Part shown: positions 17,801-28,900 of the stretch, one piece after another | How the letters are laid out: every line of letters starts with the position of its first letter | Position numbering within the stretch: the stretch's first letter is position 1 | Virus record (IMG/VR): IMGVR_UViG_3300008261_000075 | Coordinates: 1-64,000 of that record | Length of the DNA: 64,000 bases | Direction: 5' to 3' (one strand) | Origin: a virus | Taxonomy: Duplodnaviria; Caudoviricetes | The notes under the pieces: model-generated | Told to the model about the DNA's origin: nothing | Database searches by the model: none | The model's input: only the letters and a program-made list of their open reading frames with translations | Program-made: the position numbers and the translations under genes

Positions 17801-20800
17801 TCCCGCAGACTCCTACTAAATTAGGTATATGGCCTGCATTTGAACCTAAAATTTATTTAGACACTAGTTTAATAACTCCTAGAACAATGATCCAGGGCCA
17901 TGACGGTAGCCAGGTATTGGCGTTTGGTGACTTTAGAGATGAGTTAATTTTAGAATTAGAAAAGCGAATATTTAACAATATCAAAGTGAAGTACAACCCG
18001 GCTATATTTGACGTTTACGATATATTACCAGGCTACGGCAGAGAAAATGATTATTCTTTAAAAGAATTTAATGAAGTGTTAGCTCCTAACTTTTTCAAAT
18101 GGACAACGCTGATTGACAGAGACTTTACTAAACCGTTAAGTTTTGACAAAAATAATAGCCTTACATTTAACTACAGAGGACAAACTGCTCCCGACGGGAG
18201 AGAAGTTCCAGGGTATTGGAGAGGTATATATCGATGGATGCTAGATACAGACAGACCAAATATCTGTCCATGGGAGTGTCTTGGTTATACAATTGAGCCA
18301 TCTTGGTGGCAAGATGTGTATGGGCCAGCACCTTATACTAGCAATAACAAAGTTATGTGGCAAGATTTATCAGAAGGTATAATAAAAGAACCAGGTAAGC
18401 CAATAGAACGTAATCCTAAATTTATTAGACCATTTTTGATAGATTGTATTCCTGTTGACGAATTTGGTAATTTAATAAGCCCGTTGTTTTCTAATATGGC
18501 CGCAGGCCTTATCACTCAAAGTACATCTGGAGACTTTGTATTTGGAGATGTTAGCCCTATAGAAGCAGCCTGGAGAAGAAGTAGCTATTATCCATTTAGT
18601 CTACTGCTAACGTCAATTCTTTTAAAGCCAGCAAACACGTTTGGAGTATTACTAGATAGATCAAGAATTATCCGTAACCTAACAGGACAACTAGTTTATA
18701 AAGACACTGGATTGCGAGTTACACCGACTGACTTAATATTACCTAACATTTATTCTAGTGACACTAGAGTTCAAACAGCAGGATTAATCAACTATATTGT
18801 TGACTATGTCATTGCAGATAATTCTAAGTCTTATGATCAATACCTTTATGATTTAAACAACATTAGCTTTAAATTAAGTTATAGAGTTAGTGGATTTACT
18901 AGTAAAGACAAATTTAATTTATTGTTGGATAGCAAAAATCCCACAGCAGTAGGCGGCGTATTTGTTCCTCCTGAAAATTTTAAAATTGTTTTAAATTCTA
19001 GTAGTCCTATAAAACGTTTAACATATAGCGGTGTAATAATTACAAAATTACACGACGGATACGAGGTCAAAGGATATAGTAAAACTACACCTTACTTTGA
19101 ATATTATCCTTGGATACAAAGCGGCAACACTATTAACGTAGGAGGCATGAGTGAAAGTTATATTATTTGGACATCTAACCAGCGGTATACTACCGGTAAG
19201 GTTGTAAGCTATGGTAACTCATTCTATCGATGCACAGTAACCCATGTTGCGTCTGACACGTTTGAACAAGCTAATTTCCAAAGACTTCCTAAGTTGCCAG
19301 TCATTGGCGGCCGAGACGCAGTACTGAGAAAATTATGGGATCGAAGAGAATTACTGGTCCTTCCATACGGTACTAAATTTAGAACTATTCAGGAAGTAGT
19401 GGATTTCCTACAAGGTTACGGCGAGCGTTTAAAGGATCAAGGATTTGTATTTGACGACTTTAACAACACCCTTGGGCAGATAACTAACTGGGAAACCAGT
19501 GCCAAAGAATTCTTATTTTGGACTACACAAAATTGGAGTTCAGGCCAAGACAAGTGGAACGACTGGTCTGCAGATCAGCCTGTTAACTACGGTAGTATTG
19601 TAAGATACAATGGTGACTATTACAGAGCTGTAAGAAATGTCCCAACTAGTAGTATATTTGAAGAACAATACTATGACAAGTTAGAAGGACTAAGCACAGT
19701 TGGTAGCAGTGTTATTGCTCTAAGTCCAGCAGCCAACAAAATTGTTATCAAGTCAGACTTTGCAGTGGTAGACGATATATTAAATCAATTTAACGGATAC
19801 GATATTTTTAAAGTTGATGGAACAAAATTAGAACCTAATTTTCTTAACTCATATAGATCAGGCAATTTAGTCACGTACTCACCTGCAAATTCTGAAGGCA
19901 TATTTGGTGCTACATTCTTTTTAATACAAAAAGAACAAGTAGTTATTTTAGATAATAATACGCTATTCAACGATACAATTTATAATCCAGAAAGTGGTTA
20001 CAGACAAGAACGAATTAAAACTTCTAGTTATGTTAGTACTACATGGGACGGCAGTTTTGATGTACCTGGTTTTATATTTGATCAAGCAAAAATACAAGAA
20101 TGGAACGCATGGACAGATTACAGTTTAGGCGACATTATCAAATATAAAGAATTTTATTACAGTGCAAAAACTGCAATAGTTGGCGAATCTACGTTTAATG
20201 ACAGCGAATGGACTCGACTTTCTGAAAAGCCAACACCTAACCTGTTGCCTAACTGGTCTTACAAGGCTGCACAGTTTACAGATTTTTATAGTCTGGACAG
20301 CGGAAACTTTGATGTAGGCCAACAGACAATGGCTCAACATTTAATTGGATATCAGAAGCGTCAATATCTAAGTAATATTATTAAAGATGATGTTAGTGAA
20401 TTTAAATTCTATCAAGGCATGATAATTGAAAAAGGCACGCAAAATAGCTTGAACAAGTTGTTTGATGTGCTCAGTGCTGACGGTCAAGAAAGTTTAAAAT
20501 TCTTTGAGGAATGGGCAGTACGTGTTGGGCAATATGGTGCCAGTTCTGCGTTTGAAGACATTGAATTTACGCTAGATCAGAGTTTATTTAAGAATAATCC
20601 ACAAGGGTTTGAGTTAACTCAATTACCAGTAGACAAGTTAGATTTTATTATACGACAAACTCCCAATGACGTCTACTTAAAACCGTTTGGCTATAATAGT
20701 CAACCTTGGTTAGTTAACAATAAGTTTAGTCCATTTTTAAGAACTCCTGGATATGTTCGTAGAGAAGATGCCGCATTGGTATTAGATAACATTAATGAAA

Positions 20801-22983
20801 TTCTTACAAAAAATCCAGATCCACTAAATGAAGGTGATTATGTTTGGTGTGCATTTGAGGGCAGAGAGTGGAACATTTATAGATACACTGCTAGTCCGTT
20901 AAAACTTACAGATGCAACTTACACTTCAAATACGTTAACTTTAACATTTGATGAGCAAGTGCGATTAGAGCCCGGTACGTATATAAGTGTTGTGCAAGTA
21001 GATAAGTTTAGCGGATTTTATAAAATTGATTCAGTAACATTAAATCAAATTAAAATTAAAACAGCGTTAAAAGTTCCTCCTGCCACACCTTTTATAGATC
21101 AAACAACTGCTCAAGTATTGTTTTTGAAGAGTCAGCGTATAGATTCAATCGATGATGCAAATAGTATTCTTCCAGACAATATCGGTCTCAACGAAAAATT
21201 GTGGACTGACAATCGAGGCGACGGCAAGTGGGCAGTATGGAATTATTCTAAAGTCTTTGAACCTAAAGAGTTTGTTAACTCGAGTCCTACAGATGAACTA
21301 GCCTATGGTAGAAGCATTAGCACTGATATCAAAGGTCAGTATGCGGCTGTATCAACACGCGACGAAATTGTAATCACGTATGACAAAGTTCCAGGGTCAA
21401 ACAAATGGTTGCAACGCCAAAGTATTGCAGAACCGTTTATATTTGCGCTATCAAATAGACCTGCAAATATTTCAGCAGGATATTCTTTTGGTGAAACTGT
21501 TTCAGTATCTAAAGATGGCGAGTGGTTGGTTGTTGGTAGCCCTCGAGCAAGTTTTGCATCAACCTACTTTGCAGGCCTGCACAATAGTGGTCAAACTTAT
21601 AGTCAAGATCAAGTAGTGTATTCAAACTTGTTCCATTATTCTGCCAAACAAAGTGTGCCAGTGGGCACTGCTATTACCAACACTCAGTATTGGAAACCAA
21701 CAAATATTATAGAAACAACGATTACAGGCGCATCAAACGCTCTTACTAGACACGGTGCAATTTCTCTTTACAAGATAGATATTTCAAATACTGCAAATTA
21801 CGTAGGTACAATTATTAGCCCGTACCCTGCTAGCGATGAACTGTTTGGAACTAGTATTACATTTGGTAATGATACAATGTTTGTTTCTGCGGTTGATAAA
21901 GTATATCAACTAAATTATAATACCATTACTGCTACCGCAACTTATTTGCCATTAGGTAGTACAGGTATTACGTTAAAAGTATCTAGCACAGCTACTATTG
22001 AAGTTGGAATGTTTATAACAGGAACAGGATTCCAAGGTTATCAAACTGTTGCTAGAGTTATTGACAGTACTACAATACAAATTAGTGAAGCTCCTAATGC
22101 AACCCCGTTTGGTACATTAACATTTAAAATTTCTCGTTGGGAATATAGCTACAACAGAAAGTATAAAGGTCAATGGAACAATACTGCTGTATATCTAAAA
22201 GACGATTTAGTGCAATATAAAAACAAGTTATATCTAGCACTTTCTACAGTTACTTCATTAGACACGCCGGTAGCAAACGTTGAACAATGGATAGAAAACA
22301 ATCCAACTAACATTACAGGTGTTTTCCCGCAACAGTTAACACCTACATACTTGCCATTGACTACAGAAAAAGTTGAAGCAGTTCAAACTGGTAATCAATA
22401 TGGATATTCTGTAAGTATTAGTAATGATTTTACAAAACTAATAGTCTATTACAAGTGCATTTATAATTTTAATAATACAGTAGCAGGTGTGTGGAATGGA
22501 TCACGATGGGAACAAGTATTTTCAATAAATCAACGTATAGCAACAGGCAAAGTATTTGTCTATACCTTAACTAACAATTCATATATTTTAACTCAAACGT
22601 TATCAGCTACTGGCAATGCTGCCACGTCAAATCAACGATTTGGAGATAGCGTAGCAGTATCCGGAAACGGCAAATATTTGGCCATTGGCTCTACATTATA
22701 TGACGGTACTAACATAGACCAAGGTAGAGTATTAATTTATGATCAAGTAGGTACTAATTTTAATGTATATCAAGAACTAGTTAGTAATAATCCTGAGACG
22801 GCAGAGTTCTTTGGTGCAAAACTAGCATTTATGAACAACTACGAAACACTGGTAGTGTTCAGCGCCAACGGCGACAGCTACAAGTCTACTGTGTTTGATA
22901 CCGACTCTACAATATTTGACAACGGGGTAATGAACTTAGTTGAAGATATTAAGGTGCACCTTATGCTACAGATAGAACTTTAA
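14899..22983 (+). CDS. Giant baseplate/virion structural protein, N-terminal part (frameshifted at ~22951)
   Basis: FLPRFYRT N-terminus, FG-GAP-like repeats, W..Y..G..V.Y carbohydrate-binding-like repeats. Coding continues in another frame from 22953. Confidence 0.8.
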   Translation: MADKTNPTDGGISNFLPRFYRTDANKKFLQATIEQLVKPGTVKKINGYVGRKNAKAAVGEDIFVAAPTVDRQNYQLEPSITIDDALGNTTFFKDYQDYINQLNVFGANVKNHSRLNEQEFYSWDPHIDWDKFVNFQQYYWLPYGPDPITIFGQQKKINSTFTVEIDIELDDKSFLFTPNGLTRNPTIKLFRGQTYKFEVNSPGEPFSIKTRRVGGSDDRYAELNHIDNFAVEKGVVTFVVPEDAPDVLFYVSETNIDMGGVFQILDIKDNTEINVEEQLIGKRDYTLANGTKLSNGMKISFGGNVLPAEYAKDQYYVEGVGTAIKLVAESSLALITPYSEEINVLFDDTKFDELPFNTATVYSGQVDYIAINRASRDKNPWSRYNKWFHQDVINKSAAYNGKIADLNQNIRAVRPIIEFNADLKLYNFGLDAAPDVDLIDTYTTDVFSTIEGALGYNIDGVPLVNGHKILFTADNDILVKNKTFQVKFIEVQDSIKQTRVRQLHLVEINTPLDNQVVVIRSGESNKGTMRWFNGSDWLVAQNKTSLNQPPLFDIVDENGNSFADKTVYDGSTFAGTKIFSYKPGSGSNDTYLNFPLSYRNINNVGDIVFNFDVVGNVFQYKDVEKILEKNVSTGFFVKSKGNNTVAYENGWQKSVINFTYQPALRIYKNSNQINNFDLDIFDDKHNLTDLEVRIYVNGIRLDKSKWSMVDGAVYKKIQLVSNISTNDILTIKAFASQPINANGFYEIPFNLQNNPLNSAIGDFTLGEVIDHVNSIIDNLQTFEGQYPGSNNLRDLGNTTVFGTKFVQHSGPMSLALYHITNPNSNVIRAIEKSRDEYGQFKRNFLSVALGLGIDTDTKQHVDLVLQELNKDKPKKAAYYFSDMVPYGSAVKNEYTVIDYRILTYPLTQVFDLDMLSNRAVGVYLNGVQLVYGIQYEFDSQGFVRIITTMQDGDLITIYEYDNTDGSFVPQTPTKLGIWPAFEPKIYLDTSLITPRTMIQGHDGSQVLAFGDFRDELILELEKRIFNNIKVKYNPAIFDVYDILPGYGRENDYSLKEFNEVLAPNFFKWTTLIDRDFTKPLSFDKNNSLTFNYRGQTAPDGREVPGYWRGIYRWMLDTDRPNICPWECLGYTIEPSWWQDVYGPAPYTSNNKVMWQDLSEGIIKEPGKPIERNPKFIRPFLIDCIPVDEFGNLISPLFSNMAAGLITQSTSGDFVFGDVSPIEAAWRRSSYYPFSLLLTSILLKPANTFGVLLDRSRIIRNLTGQLVYKDTGLRVTPTDLILPNIYSSDTRVQTAGLINYIVDYVIADNSKSYDQYLYDLNNISFKLSYRVSGFTSKDKFNLLLDSKNPTAVGGVFVPPENFKIVLNSSSPIKRLTYSGVIITKLHDGYEVKGYSKTTPYFEYYPWIQSGNTINVGGMSESYIIWTSNQRYTTGKVVSYGNSFYRCTVTHVASDTFEQANFQRLPKLPVIGGRDAVLRKLWDRRELLVLPYGTKFRTIQEVVDFLQGYGERLKDQGFVFDDFNNTLGQITNWETSAKEFLFWTTQNWSSGQDKWNDWSADQPVNYGSIVRYNGDYYRAVRNVPTSSIFEEQYYDKLEGLSTVGSSVIALSPAANKIVIKSDFAVVDDILNQFNGYDIFKVDGTKLEPNFLNSYRSGNLVTYSPANSEGIFGATFFLIQKEQVVILDNNTLFNDTIYNPESGYRQERIKTSSYVSTTWDGSFDVPGFIFDQAKIQEWNAWTDYSLGDIIKYKEFYYSAKTAIVGESTFNDSEWTRLSEKPTPNLLPNWSYKAAQFTDFYSLDSGNFDVGQQTMAQHLIGYQKRQYLSNIIKDDVSEFKFYQGMIIEKGTQNSLNKLFDVLSADGQESLKFFEEWAVRVGQYGASSAFEDIEFTLDQSLFKNNPQGFELTQLPVDKLDFIIRQTPNDVYLKPFGYNSQPWLVNNKFSPFLRTPGYVRREDAALVLDNINEILTKNPDPLNEGDYVWCAFEGREWNIYRYTASPLKLTDATYTSNTLTLTFDEQVRLEPGTYISVVQVDKFSGFYKIDSVTLNQIKIKTALKVPPATPFIDQTTAQVLFLKSQRIDSIDDANSILPDNIGLNEKLWTDNRGDGKWAVWNYSKVFEPKEFVNSSPTDELAYGRSISTDIKGQYAAVSTRDEIVITYDKVPGSNKWLQRQSIAEPFIFALSNRPANISAGYSFGETVSVSKDGEWLVVGSPRASFASTYFAGLHNSGQTYSQDQVVYSNLFHYSAKQSVPVGTAITNTQYWKPTNIIETTITGASNALTRHGAISLYKIDISNTANYVGTIISPYPASDELFGTSITFGNDTMFVSAVDKVYQLNYNTITATATYLPLGSTGITLKVSSTATIEVGMFITGTGFQGYQTVARVIDSTTIQISEAPNATPFGTLTFKISRWEYSYNRKYKGQWNNTAVYLKDDLVQYKNKLYLALSTVTSLDTPVANVEQWIENNPTNITGVFPQQLTPTYLPLTTEKVEAVQTGNQYGYSVSISNDFTKLIVYYKCIYNFNNTVAGVWNGSRWEQVFSINQRIATGKVFVYTLTNNSYILTQTLSATGNAATSNQRFGDSVAVSGNGKYLAIGSTLYDGTNIDQGRVLIYDQVGTNFNVYQELVSNNPETAEFFGAKLAFMNNYETLVVFSANGDSYKSTVFDTDSTIFDNGVMNLVEDIKVHLMLQIEL

Positions 22984-25900
22984 ATTCAGGTTTAATTTTT
23001 AGTTATGAAAAACCAGCACACACATTAGCATGGACTCAAATTCAAACCGAAGAAGATAAACCAGACATCTCTAAGATTAAGAAAGCGTTTTTATACAATA
23101 AGAGAACAAACAAGCTAATAACTTACCTAGACATTATTGATCCAATCCAAGGCAAAGTTCCAGGAATTGCAGAACAAGAAATCAAGTTTAAAACTTATTA
23201 TGACCCTGCAACATACACTGTTGGTACAAGTGCTGTAAAAGTTGATGACGGACAGGCATGGACAACTACTAAAGTTGGCATGCTATGGTGGGATTTAACT
23301 CGTGCTAAATTTATTGACAGCTACGGCGGCGATGTAGTGTATCGTAACACCACATGGAATACATTGTTTGATACTGCAAGTATTGACATATACGAATGGG
23401 TAGAGACTAGTTTAAAACCTGCAGAGTGGGATAAAAGAGCTGATACCGAAGCTGGATTGTCATCAAATATCAGTGGCACAAGTCTATATGGCAATTCAGT
23501 TTATAGTGTTAAGAAACGATATGATAACGTTTCTAAAACTTTTAAAGAAACATATTACTTTTGGGTAAAGAATAAAAAAACAATACCTAACGTACAAGAC
23601 AGACGGATGAGTGCTTCTGACGTTTCCGGATTGATTTCTAATCCAAAAGGCCAAGGATACAAATACCTTGCGCTAACAGGATTAAATTCATTTAGCTTGG
23701 TTAATGTTAAGCCATTGCTACAAGACACTGATGTTGTGTTGTCTGTACAATATTGGACCATTGACAAGACTGATCAAAATATCCATAGCGAGTGGCGCCT
23801 AATAAGCTCAGACGAAAATACAGCACTTCCTGCTAGCATTGAAGAAAAGTGGTTTGACAGTTTGTGTGGCAAAGATCAAAATAATCGCGTAGTACCTGAT
23901 TTAAATCTTCCACCTAAATTACGATACGGCGCAGAATTCCGCCCACGTCAAAGTTTGTTTGTTAATCGCTTTGAAGCTCTAAAACAATTTGTTGAACGTG
24001 CAAATAGTGTCATGTTAACTAATCAAATTGTTGAGACTCGTGACATTTTAGCATTAAGCAGTTATGACCCACAACCAAGCATTATCACAGCGTTATACGA
24101 CGAAGTGTTTGATACTGATGCAGAATTAAGATTTGCCAGTGTTAGTACGTTTAAAGCACCTTCTTTATTACCTATAATTCAAGACGGTTCTATAGTTGGG
24201 GTAGAAATTATTGAAGCTGGTAACGGATATGTAACTGCGCCCTATATAACAGTTAAGGGTAACGGACATAGTGCAGAATTACAAGCATTAATTAATAGTC
24301 GAGGTCAAGTTGTTGGCGTAAAAATTATTGAAGAAGGTAAAGGTTATGACAGCGCAACTGTTTTGGAATTAAGAAACTATTCTGTTTTAATTCGTAGTGA
24401 TAGTCAAGCACTCAACAGGTGGAGCATATATGCATACACTCCAAACTCTAGAACATGGTCTAGAACTCAAAGTCAAGCATATGATACTCGCCGCTATTGG
24501 AACTATGCTGACTGGTATGCTGCCGATGTTAACCAATTTACATTAGCAGATTTTTCAGTTGAAACAATTAGTGATATTAATAATCTAACAGTTAAGATTG
24601 GTCAATATGTTAAAGTTAGAACTACTGGCTCAGGCGGCTGGGACTTGTTACAAAAATACGCTGATAGTATTAGTATTGACTGGACACAGAGTTATAAAGT
24701 AGTAGGTAGTCAAAACGGAACAATTCAATTAAGTAGTGAACTTTATAAATTTTCAGACACTACTTTGGGATTTGATGGTGCGTTATTTGATGGTGACACT
24801 TTTGACAACACCGCAGTTATTGAATTAAGAATTATTCTTGAGACTTTAAAGAATAAAATCTTTATTGACACTTTAAAACAAACTTACTTAGATTTATTCT
24901 TTGTATGCTTACGTTATGCATTGTCTGAACAGACGTATTTAGATTGGGCATTTAAAACTAGCTTTGTTAGAGCTCAACATAATGTTGGACCTTTAAAACA
25001 AAAAGTTACATTTAATAACGATAACCTTGCAGATTTTGAAGCATACATTGCAGAAGTAAAACCATACAGAACTCAAATTAGAGAGTATGTTAGTGAATAC
25101 ACTGCAATAGATCAAACTGAAACTTCAGTAACTGACTTTGATATACTTCCTGTTTATAGAGAAGGAAAAACACTTCCAGTTGCAGTAGCCAACGTTAACG
25201 GTGACATTCAATCGTTAGAACCGGCTATTTTAACTTATCCTTGGAAGTACTGGCTAGATAATGTTGGATTTGAAATTTTATCTATTAAAATTGTTGACCA
25301 AGGTAGTGGATACATTACTGAACCCGTGGTTAGAATTATTGATCCAGATACACAAAGTACCTCAACCGCCGCCACAGCTAGAGCATTTATTTCTAACGGT
25401 AAGTTATCTAGAATAGTATTACTAACATCCGGCAAAGGCTATCTAACAACTCCAACTATAGTGATTGACGGCGGCCTTGATATTGACGGGACTCCAGCAA
25501 GGGCAATTGCAATTATTGGCAATAGTGTTGTTCGTAGTAATCTTATCAAAATGAAATTTGATAGAACTAGTAGAACATATTTTATTACAGAATTAGAAGA
25601 GTCGGCAGCATTTACTGGCACAGGCAATCAATTACAGTTTGCACTAAAATGGGCTCCAGATATTAGAATTGGAAAAAGTTTAGTAAAAGTTGACGGAGTA
25701 GAAGTGTTGAGAGCCAACTATAAATTAGCCGTCAACAAATCCACAGTTAGGGGATACACTAGTTATTATGGAACATTGACATTTGAAACTCCACCGGCCA
25801 AGGCAGCAGTTATCACTATTGATTATATTAAAGATTGGTCGCTACTAAGCGCCGCAGATAGAATTCAATACTACTACGATCCAAAAACCGGCCAACTTGG

Positions 25901-28900
25901 TAAAGACCTAGCACAATTAATGACTGGTGTTGATTATGGCGGTGTAATTATCACTGGTTTAGATTTTGGCATATCAACTGGTTGGGATAGTGTTCCGTAT
26001 TTCTCTGATAGATGGGACGAGATCGATCCTACCTTTGATGACTACATTATTAAAGCAGGCTTAAATTCAAACGAATTTACTTTGCCATACATTCCAGAAT
26101 ACGACACAGTTATTAACATATACCATAACGGTATTAGGATTGACGACTTAAACTACGGTACAGAACAACAGACTAATATTAATGCTACAATGCAAACATT
26201 TGTAGGAGATGGTATTATCAGCACAATATCGTTACCGTCAATTGCAGTTACAGTTGATACAGATTTAATTGCGGTGCAAGGCGCAACAGCAATTCAGTTG
26301 ACTGATGTATTAACTATTCAACCTGGTAGTTTAGTGTTGTCACCTAATGTAATTGTTAACGGATCAACGGTTATCTTTGTAACAGGTAATGTTGTTCCGT
26401 CATCAACTACTGGGTCAATTAACGACACTGTGTTAACTGCACCTGGCCTAACAACTTACGCAACAGGTATGAAAGTAACTGGTATAGGAGTTGCGGCAGA
26501 TACTTATATTGTATCCGTTACTCCTGGCGTACAAGGTATTGCAGAAATTCAAAAGATTTTAGTAACTGGTACCGCTACCGGCCCTGTATCGTTCTTGGGA
26601 TCAGTAGTGCCAAGTGTAGTATCTGGCAATACTGCTAAACAAGTAGTTAACAGGATTGTGTCAAACAGAGCAGGCATAATTTCTGCTTGGAACAGTCTAA
26701 ATCCTACTCGTATAATTCAAGAGTTAGAAATTGATCTTTTTGAGGACGGTGACTCGACCATCAAAGTAACCTATAGTCTATCTTCTGGAAATGTACCAAA
26801 TCTACCTCAGCAGATCAGTAATGGTATTAATTTTGGAAATAGTGTAACTTCAAGAAGTGGTCTTGCAGGCACAGTTTCAACGGCAGTAATATCAGTTAGT
26901 CAAGTTGTTGGACCAACAATGTTAACCTTTACGCCTGTAATAGAAATTTCTAATGCTATTTTAGCAGATATATCGTCATTATCAGAACTAGTTGTTGGTA
27001 ATGTATCTGTGTTTACTGCTGGAAATCAATTAAAGAATTCAACAAAAATAACAGTAAGTAATGCTACCGGGGTTAACGAAGGCGACATAGTAAGTTCTTT
27101 ACTAGAACGCATTACAACATCTGCAATATTATCAAACACTGCGGTAGTTGATATTGATCCAGTAACAAACATTGTGACATTGTCTACTCCTTTATCTAGC
27201 GAAATTCCTGCAGGCACTGCATTAACTTTTGGTTATAACAAGTTAGCGTTCCGTAAGAGTACTAGTGACGGATCAATTAAGCCACAAGAAGTTGATTATG
27301 ATACTAGTTTATCAGGTGGTGCATTTGTAGGATCTGCACTAACAAGTGCAACAGGTCTTGCTCCAGACGATATTATTCTAGATGGTGACGGCTTAGTAAC
27401 ACCAACAACTAGTTCTGATCTAGAAGAAGTTGTTCCAGGTCAAATCTTAGATGCTGTTGCAATTAAAGTATTTTATAGACCAACATCTGGTGCCGCAAAT
27501 ATTCGAGTTGATAATCATATTGCCAACGGTACTACTCAAACGTACTCGTTTAATCAATATATCAACAGTTCAGAAGCAGTATTGGTAAAAGTTGACGATA
27601 CTATCCTTACTTTAGATGACGACTATCAAGTAGATTACAGGAATCGAACAATAGAGTTATCAGCAATACCGCAGGTAGGTGCAATAGTTTCTATATTCAA
27701 CTACGGATTTAATGGATCTGGTGTGCTAGACATTGATTACTTTGTAGGAGATGATGATACATTTGAATTTATTACCAAAGCTCCTTGGTTAGACACAGTG
27801 TCCGCAATAGCTTATGTTGACGGACTAGTAGAGCCTTTTGAATTATTTCAAACAGACGACACATATGACAGTGTCAACACAGTTGGTATTAGATTTGGTG
27901 CCACACCAGTTGCCAATGCAATTATAAATTATGTGATTGTTGACAATAAAAATGAAACGTTTAGTTTAGTTAAATCTGAACGATTTGTTTCGAACGGAAC
28001 AGCTACAGTTTTTAACTTAGAAAATCCTGTAGGAACAACAGAACCGTATGCACCTAATGTAATAGTTAGGGCAGGGCAGACAATTCTAGCACCTGCTAAC
28101 AATGTTTACTTTACTATTGGTAAAAATAAACTTAATTACACAATTGATCAAACTAAAGCTAGACCGTATGAGCCAGACATGGATGAAATACTTGTCTATG
28201 TAGATGGTGTTCAACTGCAAGTAAATGTAGACTACATTATCGATCCAGCAGGCATCACAGTTAAGATCAATAGAACAGTATACAACAATAACAAAGGAAA
28301 ATTATTAGTAATCAGTATCATAAACAATCAACAATATTTGATGACAGGTACGTCTTTAGTGTTAATGCAGCCCCAGCCTACTGGCACAGAAATTGAAGTA
28401 GTTAATGCTTACAAACATCAAGTGCTAGATATACACCGTACAAGTATTTCAGCTAAATCTGATCTAAGTTACGAGCCTGACACAGTTGAGTATTATAATT
28501 TTAATAATATCCTTAGTGGTTATATTAAACTTGACCGACCAGTGATTGACGATGCTGGGGTGTGGGTTACTAAAAACGGACAACTGTTAACTCCTAGCGT
28601 TGATTATAAACTCAACTCAGATAAACAGAGTATCACATTATTAAATACTGTTGCAGTCAATGATAAAATTGATTTAATCACGTATTCAACTAATGTTTAC
28701 CAACAGACTATGAGTTATATGCAGTTTAAAGACATGTTGAATAGAACACACTTTAAACGTCTAGCGTTACGCAAACAGACAAGGTTAACCCAACCGTTGA
28801 ATTTTTATGATTTTGAAATTTATGTAGAAGATGCATCAACATTTGATGTGCCTAACATGAGTAAAAATTTACCAGGAGCAGTAGAAATCAACGGCGAACG

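Noticed and set aside
22940-22983. Programmed -1 ribosomal frameshift
   Set aside because: No slippery heptamer, a stop in the -1 frame just before the junction, and the FG-GAP blade looks incomplete.
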